Part shown: in pieces, positions 1 to 9,287 of the stretch
Position numbering within the stretch: the stretch's first letter is position 1
Layout of the letters: each line of letters opens with the position of its first letter
Assembly (NCBI GenBank): GCA_012862495.1
Contig: BLSG01000132.1
Coordinates: 163,704 to 197,767, forward strand
Direction of reading: 5' to 3'
Length of the DNA: 34,064 bases
Origin: Thraustochytrium aureum
Taxonomy: Eukaryota
The notes under the pieces: generated by a model
Told to the model about the DNA's origin: nothing
What the model saw: only the letters and a program-made list of their open reading frames with translations
Databases searched by the model: none
Translations under genes and position numbers: made by a program

Positions 1-2
1 AA

Positions 3-134
3 AAGCAACAACTGCTCCAACAGCAGCAACTGCAGCAGCAGCAGCAACTGCAGCAGCAGCAATTGCAGCAGCAGCAGCAGCAGCAGCGTCAGACTGCGGG
101 AGTGAACGGACCACGTTTCCGCGTGCCGCGATAG
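3..134 (+). CDS. 3' end of a polyglutamine-tailed protein (partial, starts before the window)
   Basis: Frame 3 reads KQQLLQQQQLQQQQQLQQQQLQQQQQQQRQTAGVNGPRFRVPR* with TAG at 132-134. Mixed CAG/CAA/CTG codons fit a coding polyQ tract, and T/A-rich 3'UTR-like sequence follows. Confidence 0.65.
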   Translation, partial: KQQLLQQQQLQQQQQLQQQQLQQQQQQQRQTAGVNGPRFRVPR

Positions 135-824
135 TGGGTTATTATTTTTTCCTTACAACAGTGCAAGAAAAGTATGCATTTGCCAGTCGTTGCACAGCGA
201 GTGCCCCCAAACGCAAGCCAGAGCCGCTGCCAACGCGCGTGTACCTTGGTCGAAATTCACGATCAACGAGATGGCGCCTACATATCGCGGCCTCTGCTCA
301 AGCAGGCAGCACTTCCGGATTGATGGCCCTGTTGTCGCACGAGGAAGGAGTGGAGCGCTGCGGCGCTCCACGCAGCTGTTTTATTCTTCAACCAACGTGC
401 AGCTCGCGTGTCACGCTCCCGCAAGGCCTTCCCGCCTTTCGTTATTCAAGCCACTGGTGTCTGGGCCCGCTCGCCAGCGGGTCGTGCCTTCGCATGCTTC
501 GCGAGGAAGGTGTCTGGGCCAGCTACAATTGTAATACTTTGTTCGTGTCTCGGATGCTTCATGTCAGCATCGCATTGGGGAGTGCCTTTGGTTCGCTCAG
601 TGGGTGTTGCTGACGGTTGCTCACCTTTTGGAGGTCGCGCCTTCCCGCTCTTGTAGCGTACTTGCAGCGTAAGAACACGCAACCGCATAGAGTGCTTCAA
701 CTGTGAGCTGCGTCAAGAAGGTTCGGCAGTGCCATCTCGCCCAACTTTCGGGGTCGCGCCTTCCGACCGCCCTCAACATGGAGAACAACAATTCAGTGTT
801 TCAGTTTGTCCTGAAGGCCAACGA

Positions 825-3800
825 CTAGTTGAACCTGTCAAAGGGGTCGAAGGGAACCTCCGTGGCAGTCACGAGCCGGTCTGACGAACCGAACTTCGAC
901 GCCCTCCGCCTGCCTTGCTGCTCAGCGATCGGCTTGAGCCTCCGACGGCGCTCGGCCCAGCCAACAGTGAGCTTGCGGCCCGCGACGATGCGATCCTTGA
1001 GCGCCTCGTAAGCTGCCCGCGACTCTGCGTGCGACGAAAACTCAATGTAGCAGCCCCCCTTGGAGATGACCTTGTTGGGGTCTGGCACGTTCATGCGAAG
1101 CGATGGGAACGTAGGGCGCAAGATATCCTGGCAAATCTGCACAACCTGGCGCGCACGCATGCCCTCACTGAAACCCTCGATGAAAAGGCCCTTGCGCAAG
1201 CTGGCCGGCTGCACCGCGGCCACGTAGTGGTCAAAGTTCTTCCTCGGGCCGTCCAAGTCGAGCAGCTCTGCCGACGAAATCGGCTCGCGATTCCGAGCGG
1301 TCTCCTTTGGAACGCAAAGCGTGATGCCGAACGACCGAATCGCCCGGGACGTCGCCTTCTCGTACGATTCTCGACTCTTGAAGGTCACGAACGCGTAGTG
1401 CCCCGTCTTTGGCGCGAGCGAGTTGACCATGTCTTGAACCGACTTGGCCTGGTCTTGCCCACCACGCGACACTTTCTGCACCAGCTTGCGCAGCACCGCC
1501 GCCTGCTTGATCTGCTCCCCCAGCGACGTCGCGCGCATGCCCTCGTACACAGTCGCGAAGGTCGAGGCGACGTTTTGCGCGCTCTGCTCGAGTCTCGAGC
1601 TCTCGGCGAGCCGGTTCGATTTGTTGGGCTTGTCGACGGCGGCAACCAAGAGATCGTCGTCGGTGACGTCGTCCTCGTCGTCCTCGTCGGCCTCCTCGTT
1701 TTCAAACTCCTCGAGGGCGGCCTCGTACATTTCTTGCTCGTCCTCGTCGCTGTAGAACACGGCCTCAGTCATCGCGTATGCGCGCTCCTCGTCCGCGTCC
1801 TCGTCGCGCTCCGCGGCCTGCACCTCCAGGTTCAGAATCCCATGGCTGCGCGCGTCGGCGCCGTCGTCGACGCGAGGAGAGAGCAGACCGATCACCACGA
1901 CATCGCCGTTCGCCGCACGCGCGTCGCCGCTGTCGGAAGAAACGGCGCCGAGCACAATCCCCTCGTTTTCCGAACTCCTGTTCGCAAATTCGACAATGCT
2001 TTGACGGCGGTCCACTTCCCGGATGAGACTGGCGAGCGTCTCCAGCGCAGCGACCTGGCCCCTGTAGTGCTGCGGGATGACGCGCTCGAGCGACTTGGCG
2101 TACATGACAGCGTTCTGGAACTCAATGAAGGCCCGCTGTGCGTCCTCTTCAGCAGAGGCGTACTTGTCCAGCTTGGTCTTTAGTGCCATCTCCTTGGTCT
2201 TCTTCTCGACCTTCTTGCGCCCTCCCACGATGATCTCGTCGCCACGCGCGTTGAGCTCCTCGAGCGTTTCGGGCCAGGCGGGCTCCATCCCTGTAGCCCT
2301 CTTGATGACGCGCTGGTAGTTGCGCCATGCGGCCTCCACGTCGCGGTTGGCCACGCGGACGCGCTCAATGAGGTCGTCGTGCAGCCGGAGGCCGCTGCGC
2401 GCCTCGTCAATCGCAGTAAAGATGGACTCGCTCAGCTTGTCCGACTTGCTCTTTCGGCCCTGAAGCAGAGCCCGAATCGGTTCGTACTCGATCCCGAGCT
2501 TTTGGCAGTGCTGCTTCTGCGCCGTGCGCGACATGGTCGACACAGACTCGGCGGCGTGCACCATCTCAGCGACGCCCCAGTTCTCGTTGACCCACAGCAC
2601 GGCGTCGTACCCGGCGCGCACGTACTTGTCCAACGCGGTCTCGAAAGCGCTTGCGCCGCTCCTTGAACGCTTCGAGCTGCAGGACCCTTGCTTCAAGCTG
2701 TGCAGGCACGTCCTGCGGGTTGGTGAAGGTGATGCGGTGCGAAGCTGGTCGCNNNNNNNNNNNNNNNNNNNNNNNNNNNNNNNNNNNNNNNNNNNNNNNN
2801 NNNNNNNNNNNNNNNNNNNNNNNNNNNNNNNNNNNNNNNNNNNNNNNNNNNNNNNNNNNNNNNNNTGGTCGCTCTCGTCGATCGACGCTGCGCTCGCCTT
2901 TTTGTACCTCTTCTTGTTCGCCGGGGCCTGCAACGCGCGCTGCAGGATCTGCGCAGTCATGATGGCTGCCTCGGTTCGCTCCCTGTGAAACGTGACAGCC
3001 TCAACCTCTCCGAAGGCCTGCTCCGCGATCGCCTGGATGTGCGACTTGTAAAGCGTGGTGGGTATGTCGGCCATGTACACGGTGCGGCCGACCCACTCCT
3101 CGTCGCCCCGGAGAGCGACCATCTCGGGGTCAACAAGCACGCCTGGCTTGGATCCGATCTCGGCGAGGTCGGCAAACACGTACCGCGACTTCTTCTGGTC
3201 GCGGTGGACGTGGAGCCCGTCCGTTACCTCGGCGACGCCGAAACCGCGCGCTTGCGGCTGGCCCGAGGTGAGCGCAACGGCAGACACCTCGGCACTCAGC
3301 CCCATGTCGTCCTCATCGCTTTCGGTCCCGATGCGTTGGTTCGCCCCAATCACAAAGTCCACCGCGTAGATCATTTCGGGTGTCAAGTGGATCGCGTTTT
3401 GGACGATCTGCGCGACCAAGGGCCGCAGGGAAAGCTCGTGCCCGATGACGGAGAACAGCGACTTGCGCAGCCTCTCGTTTGAACCGTCTCCTGCCTTGTG
3501 CCGCTGGCGAGGCCTCCCGAACTCGAAGAATACTGGTGGGGGCTGCGACCAGTGGCTCGTCAAAACAGCGCAGATCTCGCGAATCGATGACGGCGGAACC
3601 GTCTTGACGATCTGGTGCGCTACCTCGAGCGCCTCACGCTGGCCCTGCGGGAACAAGGAGGCGTGCATTGCTGCGAGCTTGGCCCGGTCTTCAAAGCCGG
3701 CGAGCGTGACGTTGCGGAGGGCCACAAGCTGGTCGGCTTGCAAGGTTTGCGTCCTCGCGCCACCGACGATGTTGGGCGAGTACCAGGTCCGCGCTGCGTC

Positions 3801-6113
3801 GTCGCTCGACTCGTACCACTTGCCGTCGAAACCAAGCCAGTCCAGCATGGCCCCGCGCTTGAACGCGGTCTTCGCCCTAGACGTGGAGGTCCGGTACATG
3901 ATCGGGGGAATGGCGTTTGAGCTAGCCTTGCGTACCCGCGCCTCGGGAAAGGCGCGCTGAGCTGGAAGAAGATCCTCGGACGACGAGACGGACGTCGGGG
4001 ACACGTTCCGTGCGAGGCGATGCATGTCGGTCGCCGACTCAGGGATCGGTAGGCCCGTGTCCATGTCGTACGTGACTGGAAGCTCATACGCCTGTTTTGT
4101 CTCGCCAATTGGCAGCATGAAGAACTGGGTCGGGACTTCGGGCCGGAGCACAGCTTGGGCGACTTCGACTTGGTCGCGCACGATGCTCTGCGTCGTGATG
4201 AACTGGAACGCGTCGAGCGCGAAAAACTCGCCAAGGAGCCCTAGTAGCTCGTTGTCGCCGTGCGTGCCAACCAGTTGCGCGATGCGATAGTGAGCCCCAG
4301 CAAGGCCGATGTGGTTGATGTGTTCCTTGAACGCCACCTTGCCGAGAAAGTTGTACAAGCTGTGCCGCTTGGCCAGCGGGAGAAGCTCGCGAGACCGCGC
4401 CAGAAAAGCCTCGGCGCGCTCAACGGCCTCGGCCCGAGCGGCGTTCACCAAGACCCGGTCACTTTCGGGATCGTTCGCCAGCATACGAAACGGCGCAGCA
4501 AGCGCTGCCTCGACAGGGTCCTCGATCTCCTCGCACTCGACAAGTCCCAGCTTGATCAGCTCTGGGTGGTGCATCGCAGAGCGGGCGACCACCAGGGGCA
4601 CAAAGTTGTCTCGGTCCACCTCGAGAGACTCTGCGAAGACCCTTTGAACGCCACGCTGAACCCTTCTCGACTGATCGGCCAGCATGGCTGCCTTGGAGCT
4701 TATCACGAAAAGGTCGTCTTGGACCGCGTCGAGTGCGGAGCGGGCATCAGCGACGCCTCGGGACCCGGCAAGATCCGGCAAGCGCTTTGCCGCCATGATA
4801 CCCTCCTCAAAGAGAACCGGCATGGACGAGCGAAGCGCATCACGCGCAGCGACGAGCTGCGATAGATGAGAAACGAGATGTTCTGGGTAGAGGTTTGACT
4901 CCTTTAAGCCATACCGCAGCTGGTCGTGGACCGGGCCGGGTCGACGGCTTTGCTTCGGGACCTCGTCGTACGGCGTGTAGGCGCGCACGACGGCTGCAGA
5001 CTCTATCACTGCTGCGGCATGCGCGGGAACGTCGAACGGCTCGGCGCAGGCAAGCATGTGCTGTGCGCGCAGCAGAACGGCGAGCTCCGAGTATCGAACC
5101 TGCTTGACAGCCGTGTTGTAGTGTTTGATGTTGGTGCGCGACTCGCGCGCGGCGGCGTCGGGGAACATCTCGTCCAGCCGAACTATGACCTGCGGCTCCT
5201 TGACCTTGTCCGGTAGAAACAGCGCGTTCCAGCGCTCCTGCGTTGTCACCGTGCCGAGGATTGGCACCCTATCAATACCAAGGAGATGGTGCAGCGCCGG
5301 CCAGAGAGCGGGGTCAGAGCTGAGCAGCAAGTAGATGAAGCTTGATGTATTGCCGCGATTGCTTTGCTGAAAGCGCAGAATCTCGCCTAGCCAGCGGTGA
5401 GCATTGAAAGTGGAGGTCATTGTCTGCCGCGAGCGCGCAGCGACTGCCTCTGCCAGGGCGCGCGTTTGCGGGTCGCACTGCAGCCAGAGCTCTCGCGCGT
5501 GCAGTACGGACTCCTGCTCCATGGCGACCAAGGCGTCCTCGCCCATCGCTCGGGCCTCGAGGTCAGTAACGAGCTTGGTCGGGAGACTGCGGATCGCCGC
5601 GGACAGATTGGCCTCCCGAGTGTTGCGGAACGACTCGCGCTCCTCTAGATGGCGCTCAGCCCTAGCTGCGGGTTCGTAGCGCTCTCGGATGCGCTCGCGG
5701 ACGAGCCTTGTGAGCGGCTCGCTGAGCAGGCGCTCCTGCGCCTTTTCGTACGCGGCAAGCGCCTCGTTCTTCGACAAGAACCCGCCCTCGCTGTACACGC
5801 GCTGGTACGAGTCTGTCAGCGTGTACGCCCATTTGGAGGGGTCTGCCTCGTCTGCGCGCACCCCGTACGACAATGTGTCCTTGAACGTGGGCACCGTGCC
5901 CTGGAGGGACTCAAAGTAGAGTCGCCGCTCGTTGACGCTTTCGAACACTTTGACGGGGTCAAACGATCCATTCGCCACATCGCCAAGCCCCCCTCCTCCA
6001 TTGAGCATGCGCACATGCCCGAGCTTGAAAGGCTTCACGGCGTGGGCCCTGGCCCCCATGAACGCTCTGCCGCGCCTCATACTCGCCTTGGACGGCGACG
6101 CAAACGCCTTCAT
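825..6113 (-). CDS. Large RNA-binding protein (C-terminal RRM, split RRM, AP2-like motif), possibly mitochondrial
   Basis: Long ORF with GC3-biased codons that spans an N gap (2753-2865). The C-terminal RRM reads GLFIEGF...KGGCYIEFSSHAESRAAYEALKDRIVAGRKLTVGWA. The N-terminus is Arg/Ala-rich and acid-free. A probable 1-nt indel lies near 2647, where the alternative frame reads HRITFTNPQDVPAQLEARVLQLEAFKERRK. Confidence 0.75.
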   Translation of the reverse strand: MKAFASPSKASMRRGRAFMGARAHAVKPFKLGHVRMLNGGGGLGDVANGSFDPVKVFESVNERRLYFESLQGTVPTFKDTLSYGVRADEADPSKWAYTLTDSYQRVYSEGGFLSKNEALAAYEKAQERLLSEPLTRLVRERIRERYEPAARAERHLEERESFRNTREANLSAAIRSLPTKLVTDLEARAMGEDALVAMEQESVLHARELWLQCDPQTRALAEAVAARSRQTMTSTFNAHRWLGEILRFQQSNRGNTSSFIYLLLSSDPALWPALHHLLGIDRVPILGTVTTQERWNALFLPDKVKEPQVIVRLDEMFPDAAARESRTNIKHYNTAVKQVRYSELAVLLRAQHMLACAEPFDVPAHAAAVIESAAVVRAYTPYDEVPKQSRRPGPVHDQLRYGLKESNLYPEHLVSHLSQLVAARDALRSSMPVLFEEGIMAAKRLPDLAGSRGVADARSALDAVQDDLFVISSKAAMLADQSRRVQRGVQRVFAESLEVDRDNFVPLVVARSAMHHPELIKLGLVECEEIEDPVEAALAAPFRMLANDPESDRVLVNAARAEAVERAEAFLARSRELLPLAKRHSLYNFLGKVAFKEHINHIGLAGAHYRIAQLVGTHGDNELLGLLGEFFALDAFQFITTQSIVRDQVEVAQAVLRPEVPTQFFMLPIGETKQAYELPVTYDMDTGLPIPESATDMHRLARNVSPTSVSSSEDLLPAQRAFPEARVRKASSNAIPPIMYRTSTSRAKTAFKRGAMLDWLGFDGKWYESSDDAARTWYSPNIVGGARTQTLQADQLVALRNVTLAGFEDRAKLAAMHASLFPQGQREALEVAHQIVKTVPPSSIREICAVLTSHWSQPPPVFFEFGRPRQRHKAGDGSNERLRKSLFSVIGHELSLRPLVAQIVQNAIHLTPEMIYAVDFVIGANQRIGTESDEDDMGLSAEVSAVALTSGQPQARGFGVAEVTDGLHVHRDQKKSRYVFADLAEIGSKPGVLVDPEMVALRGDEEWVGRTVYMADIPTTLYKSHIQAIAEQAFGEVEAVTFHRERTEAAIMTAQILQRALQAPANKKRYKKASAASIDESDXXXXXXXXXXXXXXXXXXXXXXXXXXXXXXXXXXXXXXXDQLRTASPSPTRRTCLHSLKQGSCSSKRSRSGASAFETALDKYVRAGYDAVLWVNENWGVAEMVHAAESVSTMSRTAQKQHCQKLGIEYEPIRALLQGRKSKSDKLSESIFTAIDEARSGLRLHDDLIERVRVANRDVEAAWRNYQRVIKRATGMEPAWPETLEELNARGDEIIVGGRKKVEKKTKEMALKTKLDKYASAEEDAQRAFIEFQNAVMYAKSLERVIPQHYRGQVAALETLASLIREVDRRQSIVEFANRSSENEGIVLGAVSSDSGDARAANGDVVVIGLLSPRVDDGADARSHGILNLEVQAAERDEDADEERAYAMTEAVFYSDEDEQEMYEAALEEFENEEADEDDEDDVTDDDLLVAAVDKPNKSNRLAESSRLEQSAQNVASTFATVYEGMRATSLGEQIKQAAVLRKLVQKVSRGGQDQAKSVQDMVNSLAPKTGHYAFVTFKSRESYEKATSRAIRSFGITLCVPKETARNREPISSAELLDLDGPRKNFDHYVAAVQPASLRKGLFIEGFSEGMRARQVVQICQDILRPTFPSLRMNVPDPNKVISKGGCYIEFSSHAESRAAYEALKDRIVAGRKLTVGWAERRRRLKPIAEQQGRRRASKFGSSDRLVTATEVPFDPFDRFN

Positions 6114-6152
6114 AGCGCAGCCGCGCCGACAACGTGCACAAGGCTGGCGGGT

Positions 6153-6338
6153 TAGCTGGCTATAGCTGGCTATAGCTGGCTGGCAGGCTGGCTCGCTGGC
6201 AGGCTAGCTGGCTGGCTAGCTGGCTATAGCTGGCTGGCTGGCTGGCACGCAGGCTGGCTGGCAGCTGGCACGCAGGCTGGCTGGCAGCTGGCACGCAGGC
6301 TGGCTGGCAGCTGGCTGGCTGGCTAGCTGGCTGGCTGG
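6153..6338. repeat. Degenerate (GCTG)n microsatellite with 21-nt higher-order units
   Basis: gctggctatagctggc... and GCTGGCACGCAGGCTGGCTGGCA repeated three times, just upstream of the minus-strand gene start. Confidence 0.9.
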
Positions 6339-6620
6339 GAAGAGGACCACAGCGCAGTGGCCCGCGACAGACTCGCGGGCTCGACCGCGCGAGTTGCACG
6401 TCTGCCGCAGCGAGAGCCACTCGCCTCCCAAGTACGGAACACCACCCAACAGCAAGAACCGCGAAAACCGCGCGGACGCCCAGTTAGGGCAAAGCGCGCA
6501 GCGCCCACCTTGCAACCCTGCACAGGTTAGGTCGCGGATCGCCCGCGGAGGCGCATCTAAGGAGATCTGTTTCCCTTGACTCCTCTCTCTTGACTTGGTT
6601 TCAAGGAAACGCGTCGCGGG

Positions 6621-6741
6621 GTAATCGATTGATCGCGCAGGTAATCGATTGATTTAGCCACCAATCGATTGGAGTTGTGTAGCAGTTGAAAATCGATTGA
6701 TTAGGGTGTAATCGATTGATTAGGGTGTAGTAATCGATTGA
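6621..6741. promoter_or_regulatory. Array of six AATCGATT palindromes in a divergent promoter
   Basis: AATCGATT occurs at 6623, 6643, 6663, 6691, 6710 and 6732; CCAATCGATTGG at 6661-6672; TTAGGG at 6701 and 6720. The array lies between divergent starts at 6113(-) and 6780(+). A regulatory role is inferred. Confidence 0.55.
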
Positions 6742-6779
6742 ACGGGGGACGAGCCGAGCGCGGGCAGAGCCCGAAAGGG

Positions 6780-8079
6780 ATGCGGGCGATGGAGGGCGAT
6801 GTTGTGCGCGGCGTGGCGCGGCTCCTTCCGCGCAGGTTCACGGCCGCCGAGCTCGCGTTGGAGGTGAACAGGGCGGCCGAGGTGGACGATGTGCGCAGCA
6901 TCTTGGACGGCCTAGTGTGCGAATGCGGCGGCAAGTATGCGCTTGAAGCCGCCGGCGAAGGCGAGGTCGGCGAAGGCGGGGGCGCCGTCGTTGTGTACGA
7001 GTTCCCGCGAGACTTTAGGGCGAGGCTGTATGGGAAACGCGCCTGGCTGGGGCGAAGGAGACCCTCGTGCCGGTCTTGCTCCGCGGGCTCAAGGTCTTCA
7101 TTGGCGGGTTCGTGGTGTGCTCGGTGCTCTTGTGCGCCGTGATTCTGTTGCTGATCGCCCTGCGCGCTACGGCGGCGGCGGCGGCGGCGGCGGGCGTTCC
7201 GTTCACAACACGTACAACGGGTTCATCATGTACTCGCTCTGGCGGCGGAACCCCTTCTTCCGGACGTACCAGAATGACTACTACGACTACGAGCCGGTGG
7301 CGATCGCCAGCGACGCGCGGACAGAGGGGCGCTCCGGCAGCCTCGCAGATGAAGTGTTCGCCTTCATCTTTGGGCCCCATCAGAGCCCCTCAAAGGCAGC
7401 TGAGGAGGACGAGTGGGCCCTCGTGAAGAACGAGATTCGCAAGCACCAGTTCGTGGTCACCGCCGCGCAGCTGCGGCCCATGGTCCGCGACGCGCTTGAC
7501 CCGTCGGACGCCTTCATGGGCCGTATTTGCAAAGGACTTGGAGGCCGACCTGAGCCAAGCCCCTCCGGCGATGGGTTGCAGTACCGCTTTGAGGCGCTCC
7601 GCAAGGCGCCGCCTCCGGACCCCGCGCCCGGGCGGTACCTGGTCGAGCGGCCTTGGGTGTTTTGCGACCGCTCCTTTTCCCTCGCGATGGCGTTGGGTGG
7701 AATCAACGTGCTTGCACTCATCGCGCTTTCGCCGCACCTTCGCGCGATACGCTTCCAAGAATCGCTTTCCGCGTCGGGGCTTCCGGTGCGCGGCTCGCTG
7801 CGCGGCTTCAATCCTGCCGTTCCCCGGGGCGGCTACGCGCCGCTCGTAGAGTTCCTCCTGCACATCGCGTCCTGGCTCCTGTGGCCACTTGTGCTTTACG
7901 CTGTCATGTACCTTGGCATCCCCGCGGCGCGCTACCTCGTCATCACGTACGTGCTCAACCCGCGCGCGGCGGACCGCAATGCGCACCGCGCGAGCCTCGT
8001 GGCCCAAAAGCTCGGCAACGGCGCGCCAGCAGCCTTGGCGACCCGAGCAATCCGCGAGCCGCGCCCTGTTCCGCTTTAG
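6780..8079 (+). CDS. At5g03900-family (cyanobacterial/plastid-type) membrane protein; two apparent frameshifts
   Basis: Joining three frames (shifts near 7050 and 7170-7195) gives VYEFPRDFRARL...VFIGGFVVCSVLLCAVILLLIAL...LADEVFAFIFG...EEDEWALV...VVTAAQLRP...GGRPE...QYRFEAL...YLVERPWVF...LGGINV...YLGIPAARY...RNAHR. This is collinear with motifs I recall for this family. Confidence 0.75.
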
Positions 8080-9287
8080 GCGGCTGCGCAAAGCAAACAA
8101 TTCTGTCATTTCGATTTTCATTACCGGTGCTCGAGTAAGTTGAGAAACGAAATCGTGCCAAGCGGCAGCACGCTTGTCGCGCCAGTCAGCGGCAGCGCTC
8201 ACGGCGAGCAAGCCAGAGTCGGAGCTTGCGTCGAGAGCGCGAGACGAAAACGCGGGCGGTTAGTCCCGAATCGACAACCCCTGCTTCATTGATCCCGAAT
8301 GAACGCGGTCGAAGCAAAAGCCTCGCGCCTCTTTCCACGTCGGCCAGCGCGCGAGCCACGCAACGCCAGCACAGCCCGCTGAGCGCTGGTCGCAAGCAAG
8401 GCGGCCGTCGCTCTTTTCCTCCCGGCGCGATCGCCCTATTCTTGAAAATCAAAACATCGCATACAATGTTCAGAGAGAGACAAATGTGCGAGGCTGAATN
8501 NNNNNNNNNNNNNNNNNNNNNNNNNNNNNNNNNNNNNNNNNNNNNNNNNNNNNNNNNNNNNNNNNNNNNNNNNNNNNNNNNNNNNNNNNNNNNNNNNNNN
8601 NNNNNNNNNNNNNNNNNNNNNNNNNNNNNNNNNNNNNNNNNNNNNNNNNNNNNNNNNNNNNNNNNNNNNNNNNNNNNNNNNNNNNNNNNNNNNNNNNNNN
8701 NNNNNNNNNNNNNNNNNNNNNNNNNNNNNNNNNNNNNNNNNNNNNNNNNNNNNNNNNNNNNNNNNNNNNNNNNNNNNNNNNNNNNNNNNNNNNNNNNNNN
8801 NNNNNNNNNNNNNNNNNNNNNNNNNNNNNNNNNNNNNNNNNNNNNNNNNNNNNNNNNNNNNNNNNNNNNNNNNNNNNNNNNNNNNNNNNNNNNNNNNNNN
8901 NNNNNNNNNNNNNNNNNNNNNNNNNNNNNNNNNNNNNNNNNNNNNNNNNNNNNNNNNNNNNNNNNNNNNNNNNNNNNNNNNNNNNNNNNNNNNNNNNNNN
9001 NNNNNNNNNNNNNNNNNNNNNNNNNNNNNNNNNNNNNNNNNNNNNNNNNNNNNNNNNNNNNNNNNNNNNNNNNNNNNNNNNNNNNNNNNNNNNNNNNNNN
9101 NNNNNNNNNNNNNNNNNNNNNNNNNNNNNNNNNNNNNNNNNNNNNNNNNNNNNNNNNNNNNNNNNNNNNNNNNNNNNNNNNNNNNNNNNNNNNNNNNNNN
9201 NNNNNNNNNNNNNNNNNNNNNNNNNNNNNNNNNNNNNNNNNNNNNNNNNNNNNNNNNNNNNNNNNNNNNNNNNNNNNNNNNNNNNNN

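Noticed and set aside
134..700. Short ORFs in the first intergenic region
   Set aside because: They have non-ATG starts or atypical composition, no motifs, and lack the codon bias of real genes here.
915..2183. Long antisense ORFs (also 15921-16925, 19363-20337, 23681-24988, 32616-33734)
   Set aside because: These are shadow ORFs caused by high GC3 codon bias on the opposite strand; they have no recognisable motifs.
6160..6523. QPAS-repeat ORFs
   Set aside because: They are translations of the GCTG microsatellite.
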